Of a stretch of DNA of 64,000 nt, positions 13,381-26,500 are shown one piece after another. Source of the stretch: Eutreptiella sp. 'Long Island Sound 2002' (taxonomy: Eukaryota; Protista; Euglenida); the NCBI GenBank assembly GCA_964036045.1, contig OZ038378.1, positions 141,422,001 through 141,486,000 of the forward strand. Direction: 5' to 3'. The notes under the pieces were generated by a model. The model did no database searches, was not told where the DNA came from, and was given only the letters and a program-made list of their open reading frames with translations. Numbering within the stretch: position 1 is the stretch's first letter; every line of letters begins with the position of its first letter. The translations under genes were made by a program, and so were the position numbers.

Positions 13381-15066
13381 TAAACCTCACTCTTATGAAA
13401 TTCTATAGCAGAGGGCAAATCAGCAACGGTTGAAAACTAATTCATGTTCCCAGATGGTTGGTGGTATGCCAAATCACCAGCATGCAGATTTGCCACAAAG
13501 CTGCACCCTACTTGGGGAGAAAATTTGCAATACAGCAAGCAGAAATACAGGAAATAATTGCACTGCACGCACAGTGTCTGTGGCGGGGGCAGGGGGGGCA
13601 GGGCTCACCCAAAAAATGAATCACCAGAACCATCAGTTTGGGGGACATTAAATAGGAATGTTTTGATTGACATATCAACCTTTGTAGCAGTTGTTTGCAG
13701 AGAGCAGAGGTAGAAACCTTCGTCCCAACGAAGATGATTGAATAAGAATGAAACAGGGGTCAGACAGAGGTCATACGCGAAGAAATAAATAATAATTCAC
13801 ACAATGAAATCGCAAATATATTCTTCCAATCACGGTTGCTGGACAATGGGTAGAGCGGTTTGAATCCCTGAGTCTGACGGTACTCGGTGGTTAATGGAGC
13901 ACATTTGGCCAGTGGCTGCCAGCAATTGGCAGTAAACCGATGACTGTTGGCCACTAACGCAGTTGACTGATAAGAGGCAGCCTGGGCAGCTGTGCCTGGT
14001 AGGCAAGAGTCTGGAGCTGGTCGGCAGTGAAAACTGGACTGCGGCACTTTGGGCTGATCTGGGAAACACAAGGGGAACCCCTGTTGCCACCGCGTCCCTC
14101 CCTTTCGCATCCATCTCATGGCACAATTTCCACTGAACAGTGGACCCACTGTAACACCGTTTGCCTCCTTTGCGGCTGCCTCAGGCACTTTTCAGCTGTC
14201 TGAATGTGAACGACTCTGGGAGTAACGAAGGGGTTGCATCCTTAAGGCGAGGGAGCACCTAAGGCACGTGCTGTTTTTACACTTTTACAGAACTTTGCAA
14301 GCTTTGTGCCTTGTGTTGGCCTCGGCAACTGCTGACTTGACCTGACGTTTTGTACATTTGACCCTGCTGAAACACACGGAAGCATGAGTTGCTCTCCAAA
14401 GATCTCCAAGGAAAGAACGTTCAATAAGAGTCGAAGTGCCTCAGCTTATCGGAGATATGCGCAAGGATGTGCCTGGGTAGTTTCGAGTGTGTTCACACCT
14501 GTACCCACCACGTCCCTGTTCCCACCTCCCTTCCACGCTCACCCACAACTACCATGGGGTCCCTTGCCCCAATTCCACCCCTGGCCCGCCTGCCCGCCCT
14601 CTCTCCCCTTCATACCCTCCTACCTGTGCCAGTAGCCCCATGTGGTAGTGGGCGGGTGGGTGGGCTCAGTGGGACCAGTGTTTGTATGTTCTGGAAGTGC
14701 AAACATCCTCTGACCCAAGGTTGTTGGCTGCAGAAGAGCAAAGCACTTACTCGCCAGTGGTATTCAGCGATTTGGGTCTGGGTGGACGGGTGGGAGCAGG
14801 GTGGAATCATTCAAAAGGATTTTTGGATAGGTCAGAGGTGATGTTGGCTCGTGGTTCAGGGTTGTGGCAACTCTGTGAAATGGCTGAAGTGCATGCCCAG
14901 CGCCTGGGCCACGACATGATGCAGCAATCTGTACACACACGGCGGCATGGCGGGTGACGCTGGTTGGCATGGGCCCTGGAGGAGGCTGCATGTCACTTCA
15001 GCTCAGTGTCACCCAATCAGCGGCCAGTTCGGGCGGTGCGCACCTCGCTCAGGGGCAACTTGTGTG

Positions 15067-15219
15067 TCAGCCGCGGCAGACCCCAATCGGCAAAGAAAGG
15101 GGTCGGGTGTGCTCATGGTCAGTCAAACAGGTCCTCAAAGGGTCAGGGACAGCGCGGGACAGGCCATTACGAGAGGCCTCGAGATACCCCAACCTCGTCA
15201 CCAAAGGCACGACGAAGGG
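15067..15219 (-). CDS. Unknown membrane protein, terminal exon
   Basis: Acceptor gcaatacag|CCC TTC GTC; PFVVPLVTRLGYLEASRNG...VCRG* is in frame (phase 0) with the exon at 15314-15464. Confidence 0.55.
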   Translation of the reverse strand, partial: PFVVPLVTRLGYLEASRNGLSRAVPDPLRTCLTDHEHTRPLSLPIGVCRG

Positions 15220-15313
15220 CTGTATTGCGGGGGCAGTGCAAATATCCCTCGCCATGATGAGACGGGGATCGGGCACTGCATCGGCCCACGGGGGCCGATT
15301 AATCAATCTTGAC

Positions 15314-15464
15314 CTCCTTCAGCCGCCGGGCGTGCCATGAAAGCACGCAGCCGAGCACGGGGAGCAGGATGGGGAGGAGGCTGCAACCGGCGGCCACCAC
15401 GGCCCAGTACGGATGGGGGCATGCCTCGTGGGGACGCAGCGTGGGGGACGTGGGGAACAGCAGA
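15314..15464 (-). CDS. Unknown membrane protein, internal exon (TM helix)
   Basis: Acceptor cgttcttcag|T CTG, donor GAG|gtcaag; LLFPTSPTL...YWAVVAAGCSLLPILLPVLGCVLSWHARRLKE; phase 2 to 0, matching its neighbours. Confidence 0.7.
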
Positions 15465-15699
15465 CTGAAGAACGAATGTGGTGCCTTTGGGAGCAGATCA
15501 AGACAGGCTTTTGGGAGGAGCCAAAAGAGGGCCGCAGGGGGGGGGGGGGGCGTCGGAATCGATCTCGACGTCCTGCTAATGGATTGCTGGGCGGCATTGG
15601 AGGGCCTTACACGGACCGCAACACATGCCATACACACTGACCACTGAAACCACACACGCCTTGACAACCAACGTACTCGAGCATACTACAAACCCAAAA

Positions 15700-16530
15700 T
15701 GGGAAAGGGAGGGGGAGGGGGGCGGGTGTCAAGTTGACACCCGCCCCTAAAGTGGGAGAGGGGGCGGGGGGGGGGGGGGCGAGTGTCCAGTTGACACCCG
15801 CCCCCAAATTGGGAGGGGGTGGGGCGGGTGTCAAGTTGACTCCCGCCCCCAAAGTGGGAGAGGGGGGGCGGGCGTCAAAATGACGGCCGCCCCCAAAGTG
15901 GGAGGGGGGGGGGGGGGGTGTCAAGTTGACACCCGCCCCCAAAGTGGGAGAGGTGGGGCGGGTGTCAAGTTGAGACCCACCCCCAAAGTGGGAGGGGGAG
16001 GAGGGCGGGTGTCAATTTGACACCCGCCCCCAAATTGGGAGGGGGGGGGGGGCGGGTGGCAAGTTGACGGCCGCCCCCAAAGTGGGAGAGGGGGGGCGGG
16101 CGTCAGAATGACGACCGCCCCAAAAGTGGGAGGGGGGGGGGGGGCGGGTGTCAAGTTGACACACGCCCCCCAAAGTGGGAGGGGGGGGACGGCCGCCCCT
16201 AAATTGGGAGGGCGTGGGGCAAGTGTCAAGTTGACACCCGGACCTAAAGTGGGAAGGGGGGGACGGCCGCCCCTAAATTGGGAGGGCGTGGGGAGGGCAG
16301 GTGTCAAGTTGACACCTGCCCCCAAAGTGGGAGAGGGGGGGCGGGCGTCAGAATGACGACCGTCCCCAAAGTGGGAGGGCGGGTGTCAAGTTGACACCTG
16401 CCCCCAAATTGGGAGGGGGGGCGGGTGTCAAGTTGACGGCCGCCCCCAAATTGGGAGGGGGGGGCAGGCGGGTGTCAACTTGACACCCATCCTCAAATTG
16501 GAAGGGGGGGGGGGGGTGTCAAGTTGACAC
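15700..16530. repeat. Tandem array of about 45-bp units with a perfect palindromic core GGGCGGGTGTCAA-G-TTGACACCCGCCC and G-tract linkers
   Basis: About 17-19 units; linkers are similar to each other (aaagtgggagaggggg-like), not unique. Lies in the intron 15465-17597. Confidence 0.9.
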
Positions 16531-17597
16531 AGACGAACAGATCAATAGCCTGATTACCAATCCCCTCAATTCACATGCAGACACACACACACACACACAC
16601 ACACACACTTTTGTTGAAACTGAAGTGCAAAGAGAAGAACTCGCACGCCTGAACAGACGCCTTAGAGCACAGGGGATGCAGTCAGCAGCCGGCGGCACGC
16701 AAACAAAACGGGGTAAAGCACAGCCCTGACACACGCACACACGACCGCTGGTGCCAGTAGCGCTACAGCAAATTCCCGCCCGATCGGTCAAATGAGTGGT
16801 CGTGGGCAAGACTGGCCCCTGCGTAGGGTCTGCCAAACCTACGGGGGCCATCGCCAGATGTGCGTCAGCGCAGCCCTGGGGTCCCCCCAGCAAACTGGTC
16901 GGGGGGCCCGGAGCACTGTGAGGTACACATCGCTGGTCGGGCATCAGGGAAAGGGGCCCGGGTCCAGAAAACCAAACACCATCGCCGTGGGTGACCCTCC
17001 AGAGCACACCCAGAGGACCCCCCAGAAAATGGCACAACAAAATCGCAAAGAAAAGGGGAGCCCCGGGGAACTGAGGCGAAAAGGAGGGGCAAGGAACTGT
17101 CTTGGAAATTGACAGGGGCCACTGGTTGGCTCCGGGGGTTGGAGGGTCATCAATGGCTGCCGTAAAAAAAAAACAACAGGGCGCACTTCAACGAAACTCT
17201 TTGACAAAACACATCCTTCACTGCCACCCCCGCCCTGTTCCATCGCTGGATTTATCAACAAACACCCTTTGACAAAGGACCTCCCGTCCTCTCCATTACC
17301 CCCCATTTCGCCTCAGAAAAACTTGCCAATGCGCCCCCCGACCCCCTGGGAGGACCACACAAATGCCTTTCTTTTTTCGGGGGGGGGTTCGGGCGCAAAT
17401 GTCCCATTTTCAGCAAAAAAAAAAACCGGAAACCGGCCACTTTGTCCCAGCCCCCCCCCCCTCTTGTTTCTGTCAAACCGCCCACCCCCGCAGACATGTT
17501 TCCGACACAAATTCAGAAATGGGGAGTTCTGAGGCCTGATTGAGGGTGGCGAGGCTGCTGCTGGGGGGCCCGCCGAGGCCAAGGCGGGCATCGACAC

Positions 17598-17760
17598 CTG
17601 CTGACGACGGCAAACAGCTTCGCGGACACGAGGCAGCAGAGCACCAGCACCCACGACATGAAGATCCACGAGACGATGTCCCACATCGTGGCCACGTCGA
17701 GGGGGCAGAGGGACAACAGGTACCACAGCAGCGACGGGTCGAGCACCGACGAGGCACCGC
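17598..17760 (-). CDS. Unknown membrane protein, internal exon (1-2 TM helices)
   Basis: Acceptor ggtctctcag|GC GGT, donor AG|gtgtcg; GASSVLDPSLLWYLLSLCPLDVATMWDIVSWIFMSWVLVLCCLVSAKLFAVVS; strong GC3 bias; phase 1 to 2. Confidence 0.75.
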
Positions 17761-18352
17761 CTGAGAGACCAAGAGTGGGTCCGTGCGCCGCAACGCCTGA
17801 GGATGTCCGGTGCGCGTGGCGAGGGCGGAGCAAACGGGGGGGGGGGGGACCGGCGGAATGGGGCGGGGGCCCCAGTCACTCCAAACACCACTAACCCTTT
17901 GTACCGGCACCGCAAACCCGACCCATGGCATTGTCAAAATTTTTTGTCCACACGCGACTTACGCCATAATAAAAAAAGTGTGCACGACCGACACCACACA
18001 ACACTAGCGACTTACGCCCGGCACCGTACGAACACGGCGCGCCCTCCGCACGCCCCTGCGGTCACAATAGCAGTGCGGTCCGATGGGCATGACCAGCACC
18101 TCCCGTACGACGGCGCATCTCTCCGCCAGACCCCGGACCTACGAGTCTTTGGCCGCCCACCACTCGTTCCCAGAGGCCGATGGCAAGGCTCGCCTTGCAG
18201 AGCGGTGCCGTTGCGGTATCGTTGGTTCCCCGATCCCCGACCTCCGGCGTGGGGCAGGCCACCGAAACAGGGGAGGGGGTGGTCGCAGGGGAGGCCAAGC
18301 CCCCCCCCCCCCGCGCACCGCGGCGCGTCGTCTCGCCGAGCCCCGGCACTAC

Positions 18353-18549
18353 CAACGCTCGTGGCACCCTCGACAATCATCCGTCGTGTCATTCGTCCGC
18401 CCCCGCGACCGTCCGGCAGTGCGCACTCGGCCATTGCGCCCGCCCATCGAATGGTCACGGGCCGCTGCCCGGCACCCGCACTCCTCCTCCCGCGGCCTCG
18501 TTTGCCGCGGCATTCATCGTCGTCCGCCGTCGCGCGGACCACAGAAAGT
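18353..18549 (-). CDS. Tentative upstream exon of the membrane-protein gene
   Basis: Acceptor cccgtcag|A CTT, donor G|gtagtg; open GC3-rich frame LSVVRATADDDECRGK...EGATSV joins 17760 in frame. Alternative small exons at 18.0-18.25 kb are not excluded. Confidence 0.35.
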
Positions 18550-19103
18550 CTGACGGGCCAAGGGGCGTCCGGGGCTCGAGAGGCGTCGTCGGCGGGTCCG
18601 CTCCCATTCCGCCGCATGAGAGCGGCCCAGCCCCTTCACATCCCCCCAATCCATTGGCCACCGGTCCATTCCCCCGCCATGCGGCCGCAGCCCTGCGGGT
18701 CTTGGAGCCCCTACCAGCCCCCCTCCCTCCTCAAGACCCAGAGACAATGGGGGGGGGGCGGGGGCAGACAAATGGCGACACAGGCCTGGGCCACAGGAGG
18801 GGCAAGCAAATCCCCCCCACCCTCGCACCCACGCCCCCCGTTCCCCCTCTGCGCACCGCCGATGCCCCTGGGCCCTGCGTTCCATGTCCCACACGCGGGG
18901 CTTGCCCTCACTGCCACGGGGCTGAAGGACCGATATGCGAAGCATCGCCCGGCGCCGGCGTGGGAGGAACGCCGAGGGGCCGGGGCAGCACTTGTGAGCG
19001 GACGGACGCCGGCCCCGCTCTCACGCACCAAAAACATTGGGACGAGCGATGGAGACGATGTGTTTTGAAAAACTCGGACAAGTGCGTACACCCGGAAATC
19101 CCA

Positions 19104-19252
19104 CCCGACACACGTACTCCCCCCCGCCCCCGACACACGTCCTCCCCCCCGCCCCCGACACACGTACTCCCCCCCCCCCCCGACACACGTACTCCCCCCC
19201 CCCCCCCGACACACGTACTCCCCCCCCGCCCCCGACACACGTACTCCCCCCT
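19104..19252. repeat. Tandem repeat, about 25-bp unit cccgacacacgtactccccccc(g), 6 copies
   Basis: Direct reading of the sequence. Confidence 0.9.
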
Positions 19253-20427
19253 TGCCCCCGTCTCCGGGACGGCCGACCCCCGGAGTAGTCAAACAGGACA
19301 AGTCATCCGGGGGCTCCGTTGACACAACCAAAACACGTTCGGGCCCACAGAGGGTCAGAATGTGCGGTGGCGAGAGGCCAAGAGGCACCGCCAAAGGCAA
19401 ACAAATAGATACCGAGGCCTTGTGCCAAACCCCCCCCCCACAAATTTCCCATGGCCCCCCCCCTTGGGCAGACGCGCCCGCCTGTGCAAAGGATCTCGAC
19501 GGTGAGGAGCCCCCTGGGTCGAATCAGTCACCGTCCGGTCGACCACGAACCTCTGCAGCCGCCCGAGCCTCAGGCGCCCCCCAGGGCCCAGGGTCGGACG
19601 ACTGCTGAGGTGATTGGCAGGATGGGCCCCTTGAAGAACCCGAGCCGCTGGGGTGCAGCTCCCGCAGGAATCAGCCAAGGAATCGGGCACCCCCCGCCGC
19701 AACGCCCCAACACACCCCATCCGACCCACAACTTCATCCGCAAAAGGCTGCAGGGACCACAGAACCTCAGCCCAACTAACAGCCCCACCCCCCCCCCCCC
19801 CCCCAAAAAAAATTCTCAAATCCGGGGTCCACCTTTGGCAAACCGCTGAGCAGGATGAGGGGGGGGGGCGGGGGTGCAGATCACTGGGGGCTATTGCCTA
19901 TTGCATGCGATGATGCACAATAGGCAATGAACCAGAAAGCCACGAAGCCTCGGCTCACAACGCCGCAAAGCACCCGATGCTCCGCGTTGGGTTTCCCCAC
20001 CAAATTACAGCACCGCGCGACCCGGCAGGCCGCATTTTCGATCCCTCGTGGCGTGTGATTGCCGGTCTATCCTTCTGGATGAACTCGGCCCTGTGCAACC
20101 TCTGAAGGGCATACACACCATTTCCGGGTAGTCCTTTGTCAGGCGAAGTAGAGGCAAGGGAGGCATCTGAAGAAGGGGGGGGGGGGGGTTGCCATAAAGG
20201 CTGAGGAAACTGTAGGCCCCCCCAAAAGAGGGGGGGGGGGTCTCTCAAAACCCACCGGGGCGACACGCTGATCATTTTGAGGTACGGTTTGAGGGCGAAA
20301 GGCACTTGACAGGGCTTTGGGGCCCGTCACTGCAAAACAGTTTTCTTCGTTGCCCAGGGCCGGTCTTGTCGGCCCCAGTACCCGCGTTGGAGCCGCCGGA
20401 GGGTGGGGGTCAGGGGGGGGGGGGGGG

Positions 20428-20624
20428 TCAGACGGCCCTAAGAGGGGCCAAATGGCTACGGACTGGACCGTCTTTCGTGCAGGATGGCCCGGAATGGAAG
20501 CCGGCGTTCTGTTGGTGAACGTGGGCTCTGTTCATTGCAGATTTGGTGGCCCCGGATCCATGTCGAAGGGGACGCCAGCGGTCGAACGCGGTGCGCGCCG
20601 TGCCGCCTCCGGCCCGAAACGGCA
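20428..20624 (-). CDS. PPEF: PPEF tentative terminal exon 19
   Basis: Acceptor tctttccccgacag|TG CCG (phase 1); open to the TGA at 20428-20430. Confidence 0.4.
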
Positions 20625-23509
20625 CTGTCGGGGAAAGAGGACCGGCCGGTTCGGGCATCGGGGCACAGGGGCGCCGGGCACGAGGATGCCGGGGCACGGG
20701 GGTCGCGGTCACAGACCTTGCGGCAACCCGGAGTACAGCGCCGTGGGCCCGGTTTGGGTCGCACGCGCTGTGTGTTGCGCGTCGGCGGCCTGCGAAAAGG
20801 ACCCGTCCGAGGGGCTGCGGGCCGTCGCGACCGTTGACTGCAAAGCACCGCGCGGAGATGGTGCCGACCGGCCCACCCCAGGGGCGTGGGAAGGAGGAGG
20901 GCAGCGACAGGCAGTGGTGCGAATAGGGGGTCCGGTTGGGTGCTGAGCGAGGGAACGGCATCATGGGAAGGGGGGGGATGGGAAGGAGAGAGGAGCCCGC
21001 GACCCTCATGTGTGCTGGGTGAACGAAGGCGTGAGCTCGAGATACGACAGTACGAAACACAGGTCTCATGCCCAAGATTTGAGCCCTGGACGTTCCCGGG
21101 CGAATAAAACACAAAACATTCCCACGACATTTGGTACGCTAACTGCTGGTGGTTGCCGGTCATAACCGTCGGTTGACCGCCAAACACCAGCAGTTAGCCA
21201 TCAACCGCCAGTGACCAACCGCAAACCGCCAAGCCACGTGCCGGGAAAGCACGGAAACAACAGAAGGTAGACCCGTATCCGTTATGGAAACCCTTCGTTG
21301 TGCTCACGCCACTGAGAATGAGACCTTGAGGACAGGTCTGCTTCGACATGTTGCCTCTGTTGTGCTGAGCTGCAGCCCGCGCCACGATTGCACTGCCGCT
21401 TCACGACCGGCACTCGAGTCGATGGGCACACAATGCTGGCGCCGTGCTGGACCGCGGCATCCCTTCCCCCCCCCCAGAACCCCCCGTGAGAGGGTTGCGT
21501 CATCATGGAACAGGAAACAGTGCCCCCCACCCCCCACCCCCGCCCACAAACAGCCAAACACGCAAAACTCGTGCACCGTACTTTTGCCCCCCAAACAACA
21601 ACACGCCTGAAGATGCTGCACACCACCGATGGGTACCCACTGCCCACTGCCGCCAACCGCCAACGCTGAAGTAGAGGAGGTCCCATGACGATGAAGCAGA
21701 GAGTGCCCCCGTGAACGTTCGTTTCTGTTGGCGGCACGAACCCTTGTTCGTCTTTTGTTTTCCTGATGGGCGGCCCTGCCTTGCCATGCTGGCGCCGGCG
21801 ATGCTTCACATTCAGTCATTCCCATGGCGGTGATGTGGGACATGTAACACAGGGCCAGGGGGTGTCCGGATCACCAAGTGCTGGTTGGCGGTGGTTGGCG
21901 GTTGGTGGTGGCGGTTGGTGGCGGTTGGCGGTTGGCGGTTGGCGGTTGGTGGTCCCTGGGGGCTGTCCTTAAGGACTGTCCCTCGCAAAAAAAAAAAGAT
22001 CTGGGTCCTGGGACGCCAAGGGGCAGCAGCAGCAATTGTGAGCAGAAGGACCACGGTCCCACTCTCACCGACTGAAAATACTTTTCCCAGTGGCTTGGAA
22101 GAAGCAATGTGGACAATTATTCCTAAAACTTAAACCAGTGCGTACACTAGAAACACCAACCGGCACACTTGTTTGGCCTGCATGGCACCCCCCCCGCCCA
22201 CACACACGCACACACACACACATGAAGATCGGTGCATACGTCAGTTTCAGAGGATGGTGTGGCAGACTCTGGTGAAGAACTTTCAACGACTGACAGTTCG
22301 TCCGTCTGCGAGGATTTGGTCTCGGAATTGGCACGCTGCAACCGGAAACGGAGAGCGATCAAGCCGAGCACACTCCCCCGCACGCACACGCACGCGCACC
22401 TGCACGCACACGCACACATGCGCGCGCGTGCACACACGACCAACGACACATCAAGTGTTCAACGCCTCGATCTGCAATTTTGCACTTCTGGGATTGATAT
22501 GTTCTCCGACAGATGCATTTGTTCCGTTAGAACAAATGTCAAAGCGTTCTGATGCCGCAACTGTACTAAGTGAGATGGGTGAAGAAATATACAGAACTGG
22601 TCGTAATACAGGAAAGCGTATGAATACTACAAAAGAAGCTCATTGATTTCTAACAGTTGCATTGAATGCGGAGATTGATACTCAGGTGCTTATGGTGATA
22701 ATAGACATTCATAAGCTGCGTGTAGATGAATAAAGCCACGTGCATCTGACATGGTTGAGTCGTTAAGAACAACTACGGCGGCTACTACCTAATGTAACAG
22801 AGGTCTAACAAGGACAGGAAACCCTGCCTCAGAAAGGTACACAACAGAAGATTTACAAAAATGGAAATGAGTGGAGAGCCACAGACCGTCAGATTCTCTG
22901 CTGTCTCCCACCTCAAGTGACTATCAGGATGTCGGTGCACGGTTTTCTTCGAGAATGAGGGTCAGCGCACCACAGCCACAACCAGAACCACAACCATACG
23001 GCCATCAGCATCACACTCCCACCACCACCACCACAACAACAACAACAATCAAACCCCAATCTGGCCCAAGACTACCGTATGCCCCAACACGACGGCCACC
23101 ACATCCACATTCATTGGGGGCGTTTTCGCACAGCGCGGGCACAGCGCGGGCACAGCGCCAATTATTGCGGTGGTTATCCAGGTAACAACCCTGAAAACCA
23201 CTCACCTGCGGAATCATGCACAACCAATTCAAAACTCAAAAATTCAAACATCTGATGCTTGCCATGGGTCCCAGGGACCTAAATTCTGCCCCCTACAGCC
23301 CCGTCCACTGCAGCACCCATTCAATGACGTCCTTTCAATCTTCTGAACTTACCGAACTCCCGGTGGTGGAGAACAGCCAACTTTTCGCACAGCGCGCGCA
23401 CAGCGCGCGCACAGCGCACAGTACGCCCCCATTGCAGATCCACAGACGCACAAGGACAGCAGCAGCAGCAGCAGCAGCAGCAGCATGGGCCGTCACTCCA
23501 GCCCATGCA

Positions 23510-23541
<32 letters not shown>

Positions 23542-26500
23542 TGACACTCCAGCGCAGTGAATGTACTGCGGCATTGGGTAGCGATGCGGAGGTCGGAGGC
23601 ACGCATACCCGAAAGGACTCCGCCGGGGAGAGCACTGCTGCTCTGGGGCTCTGGGAGTCCGGCCTCGGGCTTGTGTCTGCACAAACAACAGGCGCATGGC
23701 CCCTGACATGCACCGTCCGTGGGAACTCATGTGTGACAGGACACAACGACTGCTGCACCCCGGCCACGGCCAGTGGGTGTGCACCACACGTCGCTTTGCA
23801 GGGGCAACGGCAGCGCATGCGACAGCACACCCACTACTGTCGAAGTAGGGATTTTACGACGCGTCGGGCCCCGACACCTCCCGACGCGTCGTACATCCCC
23901 GACGCGTCGGGCCCCGACACCTTGTATGACGCTGTACGACGCGTCGTACTGTGTCGTACGACGCTTGTACGACACAGTACGACACTGTACGACACTGTAC
24001 GACACAGTACGACACAGTACGACACAGTACGACACAGTACGACACAGTACGACACAGTACGACACAGTACGACACAGTACGACGCGTCGTACTGTGTCGT
24101 ACGACGCTGTTACGACACTGTACGACACTGTACGACACTGTACGACGCGTCGTACAGTGTCGTACAGTGTCGTACGACATATATATGTATATATATGTAT
24201 GTATGTATGTATATCTCTCGGGGACATTCAGAACCCCAAAACGGTCCGCTGCCATCGTTTACCCGCATAGAGGGGGAGGGCGGTCTGGGGTCTGTAGACA
24301 CTGTGCACCACAGGTAGACGCGGCCTGCTAATTGTAGACACTGTCGGCATGTTGTAGACGCGAAGTGCCAATATTTGGGAAGGGGGCCGAAGGCCCCCTT
24401 CCCCCAAAACGGTCCGCTGCCATCGTTTACCCGCATAGAGGGGGGGGGCGGTCTGGGGTCTGTAGACACTGTGCACCACAGGTAGACGCGGCCTGCTAAT
24501 TGTAGACACTGTCGGCATGTTGTAGACGCGAAGTGCCAATATTTGGGAAGGGGGCCGAAGGCCCCCTTCCCCCAAAACGGTCCGCTGCCATCGTTTACCC
24601 GCATAGAGGGGGGGGGCGGTCTGGGGTCTGTAGACACTGTGCACCACAGGTAGACACGGCCTGCTAATTGTAGACGTTGTCGGCATGTTGTAGACGCGAA
24701 GTGCCAATATTTGGGAAGGGGGCCGAAGGCCCCCTTCCCCCAAAACGGTCCGCTACCATCGTTTACCCGCATATAGGGGGTGGGCGGTCTGGGGTCTGTA
24801 GACACTGTGCACCACAAGTAGACGCGGCCTGCTAATTGTAGACACTGTCGGCATGTTGTAGACGCGAAGTGCCAATATTTGAGGTTTCCCCTTTTGGACT
24901 GTTTTGACCAAAATGGAAACGCATTTGGACCCATTTTGCCCCGTTCTGACCAATCTGTTTTTTTTTCCATTTACATGTGTTTATATGTCTACATATGTAT
25001 ATGTCTGTGTGTGTCGTACTGTGTCGTACTGTGTCGTACTGTGTCGTACTGTGTCGTACTGTGTCGTACTGTGTCGTACGGTGTCGGTGCTGTACGACAC
25101 CTTGTACGACACTGTACGACGCGTCGTACATCCCCGACGCGTCGGGCCCCGACGCCTTGTACGACACTGTACGACGCGTCGTACGCTCCCGACGCGTCGG
25201 GCCCCGACGCCTTGTACGACGCCCCGACGCGTCGTACAGTGCATTTCCGACAGCACTCAGCACACCCTCCGAACCAATGCCGTCACTTGCCTGTCATAAC
25301 TGTCGGTTGACCGCCAAACTCTGGCAGTTAGCCATCAACCGCCAGTGGCCAACCGCAAACCGCCAAGCCACGTGCCGGGAAAGCACGGAAACAACAAAAG
25401 GCAGACCCGTATCCGTTATGGAAACCCTTCGTTGTGCTCACGCGACCCGGAATCACTGCCATCCAGTGACTAAGAGGAGCGGGGCGCGGGGACATTCGTG
25501 GTGCACCAGGCACTGCGTTGTTGCAGGGCATTGGGGGGGGGGGGTGAACCTCCCCGGAGGAACATGGCCCATCCTTTGCGAGGCAGTCCGGAGATGTGCC
25601 TGCCGGATGCCCAATGACGGTTTGAAGGGCAAACCAGAGAACCAACTCTGCAACGGGGGCGCCTTCAAAGTTCTGAACTCGCCGGAGAACGGTGTCTCAG
25701 CGTTGCATTTTCCGATATTCTGTCACACGGTGCAGGCATAGCTCAAGAGTCCGGGGGGCGGGGGGGGGGAGCCTTGTGTACTGTGGTACTGTGGTACTTG
25801 CCCCTACTTAAGCAAAGGTCTGGCCCGGGTTGCGCAAAAAATTTCGTGGGGGGAACTTCGGCCCCTGAAAACCGAAATTTCCCTCACAAAACGTTCCCCT
25901 GCCATAACCCCCCCCCCCCCGTGTGTATGGCTTTCAGGCTTTCGGAGTGTGGTTTGGCTCGGCGGGAGGTTGAAAAGCTGGTGAACCCTCGTCCTGCAGG
26001 TCTACAGCAGCAGCGGTTGGCGAAGCAAAATTCTCCGCAACTGTCGAGCCTCATCACGATTGGATTCTTGCACTTCAGGGGGCGAGCCAGAGCAAGAGCC
26101 CGCCACACGTACGAGTGTCGTGGGCCGGGCGCCCATCTGCGGGGGTTGGGGGTGGACGACATGCCCTCGGCATTGGATTCCGAGCCCCGCGGCCCGGCAA
26201 CCGCCGTTGGTTGGCTGGTGTCCGTCCCCAACGCCGTGAAACTGGGCGTTCCACGGCTCAAAAATGGGTGAAACCACGGACCCTCGGGTTTGGACACCCC
26301 CCACTAACTGTCGGCCGGAGGCCCCTCGGGGGGGCCGGGGGGGGGGAGGGGGTTCCTGGAGGGCCGATTGAGGGGGGGGGGGGGTCCGGGGAGGGCGATC
26401 TGGGGCGGGGGGGGGGGGGTATCGAAACCTACCGCCACCCCATGACACCATTTGGCACCGGACCATTGGAATGCTGCACACATGGGTCCCCAGCCTTTGG

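Noticed and set aside
15700-16530. CRISPR-like palindromic repeats
   Set aside because: The linkers are homologous G-rich sequences rather than unique spacers, and the period is irregular.
17803-19322. Long plus-strand ORFs (421 aa and 380 aa)
   Set aside because: Pro/Arg/Gly-rich products of very high GC and tandem repeats, antisense to better-supported minus-strand exons.
24110-24970. 286-aa ORF with a 56-aa repeat (KYWHFASTTCRQ...)
   Set aside because: It results from a 168-bp (multiple of 3) tandem unit. Several frames are open at once, and it lies inside a TSD-flanked element.
25774-26271. Plus-strand ORF (LGVDDMPSALD...) and its minus-strand shadow
   Set aside because: A codon-like bias is present but the strand could not be resolved, and no consistent splice chain was found; left uncalled.
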